Positions 63,040 through 64,000 of a stretch of 64,000 bases of DNA are shown in pieces. Position 1 is the stretch's first letter. Each line of letters opens with the position of its first letter. This stretch comes from Octopus sinensis. Taxonomy: Eukaryota. The DNA is taken from the NCBI RefSeq assembly GCF_006345805.1, contig NC_043000.1, positions 64,604,001 through 64,668,000 on the forward strand, written 5' to 3'. The notes beneath the pieces were generated by a model. That model was not told where the DNA came from. It saw only the letters and a program-made list of their open reading frames with translations, and did not search any database. A program made the translations under genes and the position numbers.

Positions 63040-63690
63040 AGATCCTAATCTTGTTTGGTTTCACCCAGCTTGAAGGTTGAGTCTCTTTGACGACAACTCT
63101 AAGCTTGGTCATTCTATTAAGTTCTGCTTGCACCTTGTCCATCAAAGCAGCAGGCACTTTTCTCGGCGGGTGTACCACGGGTGTGATTTTGTCCACTAAT
63201 TCTGTGTGGTATTCTTCCGGCATGCATCTGAGTCCTTGGAACAGCTCTGGATATTCTCCCAGTATGTCTATTCACTTTCTGACTGTTGTGAACTCGCTGT
63301 ACCAACTTCAATTTCTCACAGGTTTTCCTTTCCAATATACTTAGGCGGTTTTCCTCCACAACCTGAAATAGTACTTCATTCGAAGTGCCACTGATTTCAC
63401 TTGTTACTGATAGTTCTATCTGTCCAAGCGGGAATCACTTTTCTCCGAAGTATGACACAAGTTTCACTTCTGATCTTGACAGTTCTATATTCTTCAAATT
63501 CAAACTGTCGAATATTAAGCTGGAAATGATATTGCACTGTGCATCTGTATCCAGTTTGACTTTCACTGGTTTCTTGTTGATGAATAAAGTCTCATACCAG
63601 TCTTCACCATCTTCATCGGTGGTCATTCGTCCAATGAATAATTCAAATTCTTCAAAACTATCAAATGTGAACATTAATAAATTAAGTATC
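63040..63690 (-). pseudogene. Ty3/Gypsy pol remnant (aspartic protease + RT start)
   Basis: PVKVKLDTDAQCNII (DTG to DTD), PVVHPPRKVPAALMDKVQAELNRM...SSWV; stops and frameshifts. Confidence 0.85.
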
Positions 63691-64000
63691 AGTTACGCTC
63701 TGGGGGTCGAAGCAATCGATAATCCCCTCCCTCACAATATCAGGCCTTGTGCCTATTGTAGAAAGGATTCTTACAAGCCAGTGTCTCTCGTGGCAGGATG
63801 GGGCTATAAGAATTGAAAAAAGGCGGACAAATTTCATCGTTTAATAAAATTGAAGACTGTTTCCAACGTTTTTAACTAGTCCAACACCATGATGATACTA
63901 GAATGGTATTATTTGATACTTTCACTTGCACGATTTTCACTAAGAATAAAAAAAAAAAAACTAATATGCTGCAAACCCCTTATTTTTGTTCAGAAAACGG

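Overview
Repeat-dense, AT-rich animal genomic DNA, most likely an octopus (inferred from its SINE, LINE and MITE families and abundant (TA)n/(CA)n/(CAT)n microsatellites). No intact protein-coding gene is visible; most listed ORFs are microsatellite artefacts or decayed transposon ORFs. Content: three tRNA-derived SINE families; many 3' ends of an RTE-type LINE, including a head-to-tail pair at 21.06-24.43 kb whose RT carries a PHD-finger-like insert; a 2.5-kb hAT with TIRs and TSD; decayed Buster/Charlie-hAT, Chapaev3-like, pogo, mariner and Gypsy ORFs; piggyBac-, Tigger-, mariner- and hAT-type MITEs; a non-autonomous Helitron; and two nested fold-back elements with GGATC termini and 8-bp TSDs. 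Main hidden signal: at least four near-intact and several decayed minimal type I hammerhead ribozyme motifs from several unrelated short repeat families. Most share a 1-nt insert after the CUGANGA core and a palindromic stem III, and two sit inside inverted-repeat arrangements, as expected for Penelope-like/retrozyme retroelements. A few small minus-strand exon candidates suggest much of the window is intronic; the host gene is not identifiable. All alignments and folds were done by eye; repeat boundaries are approximate unless a TSD/TIR is cited.
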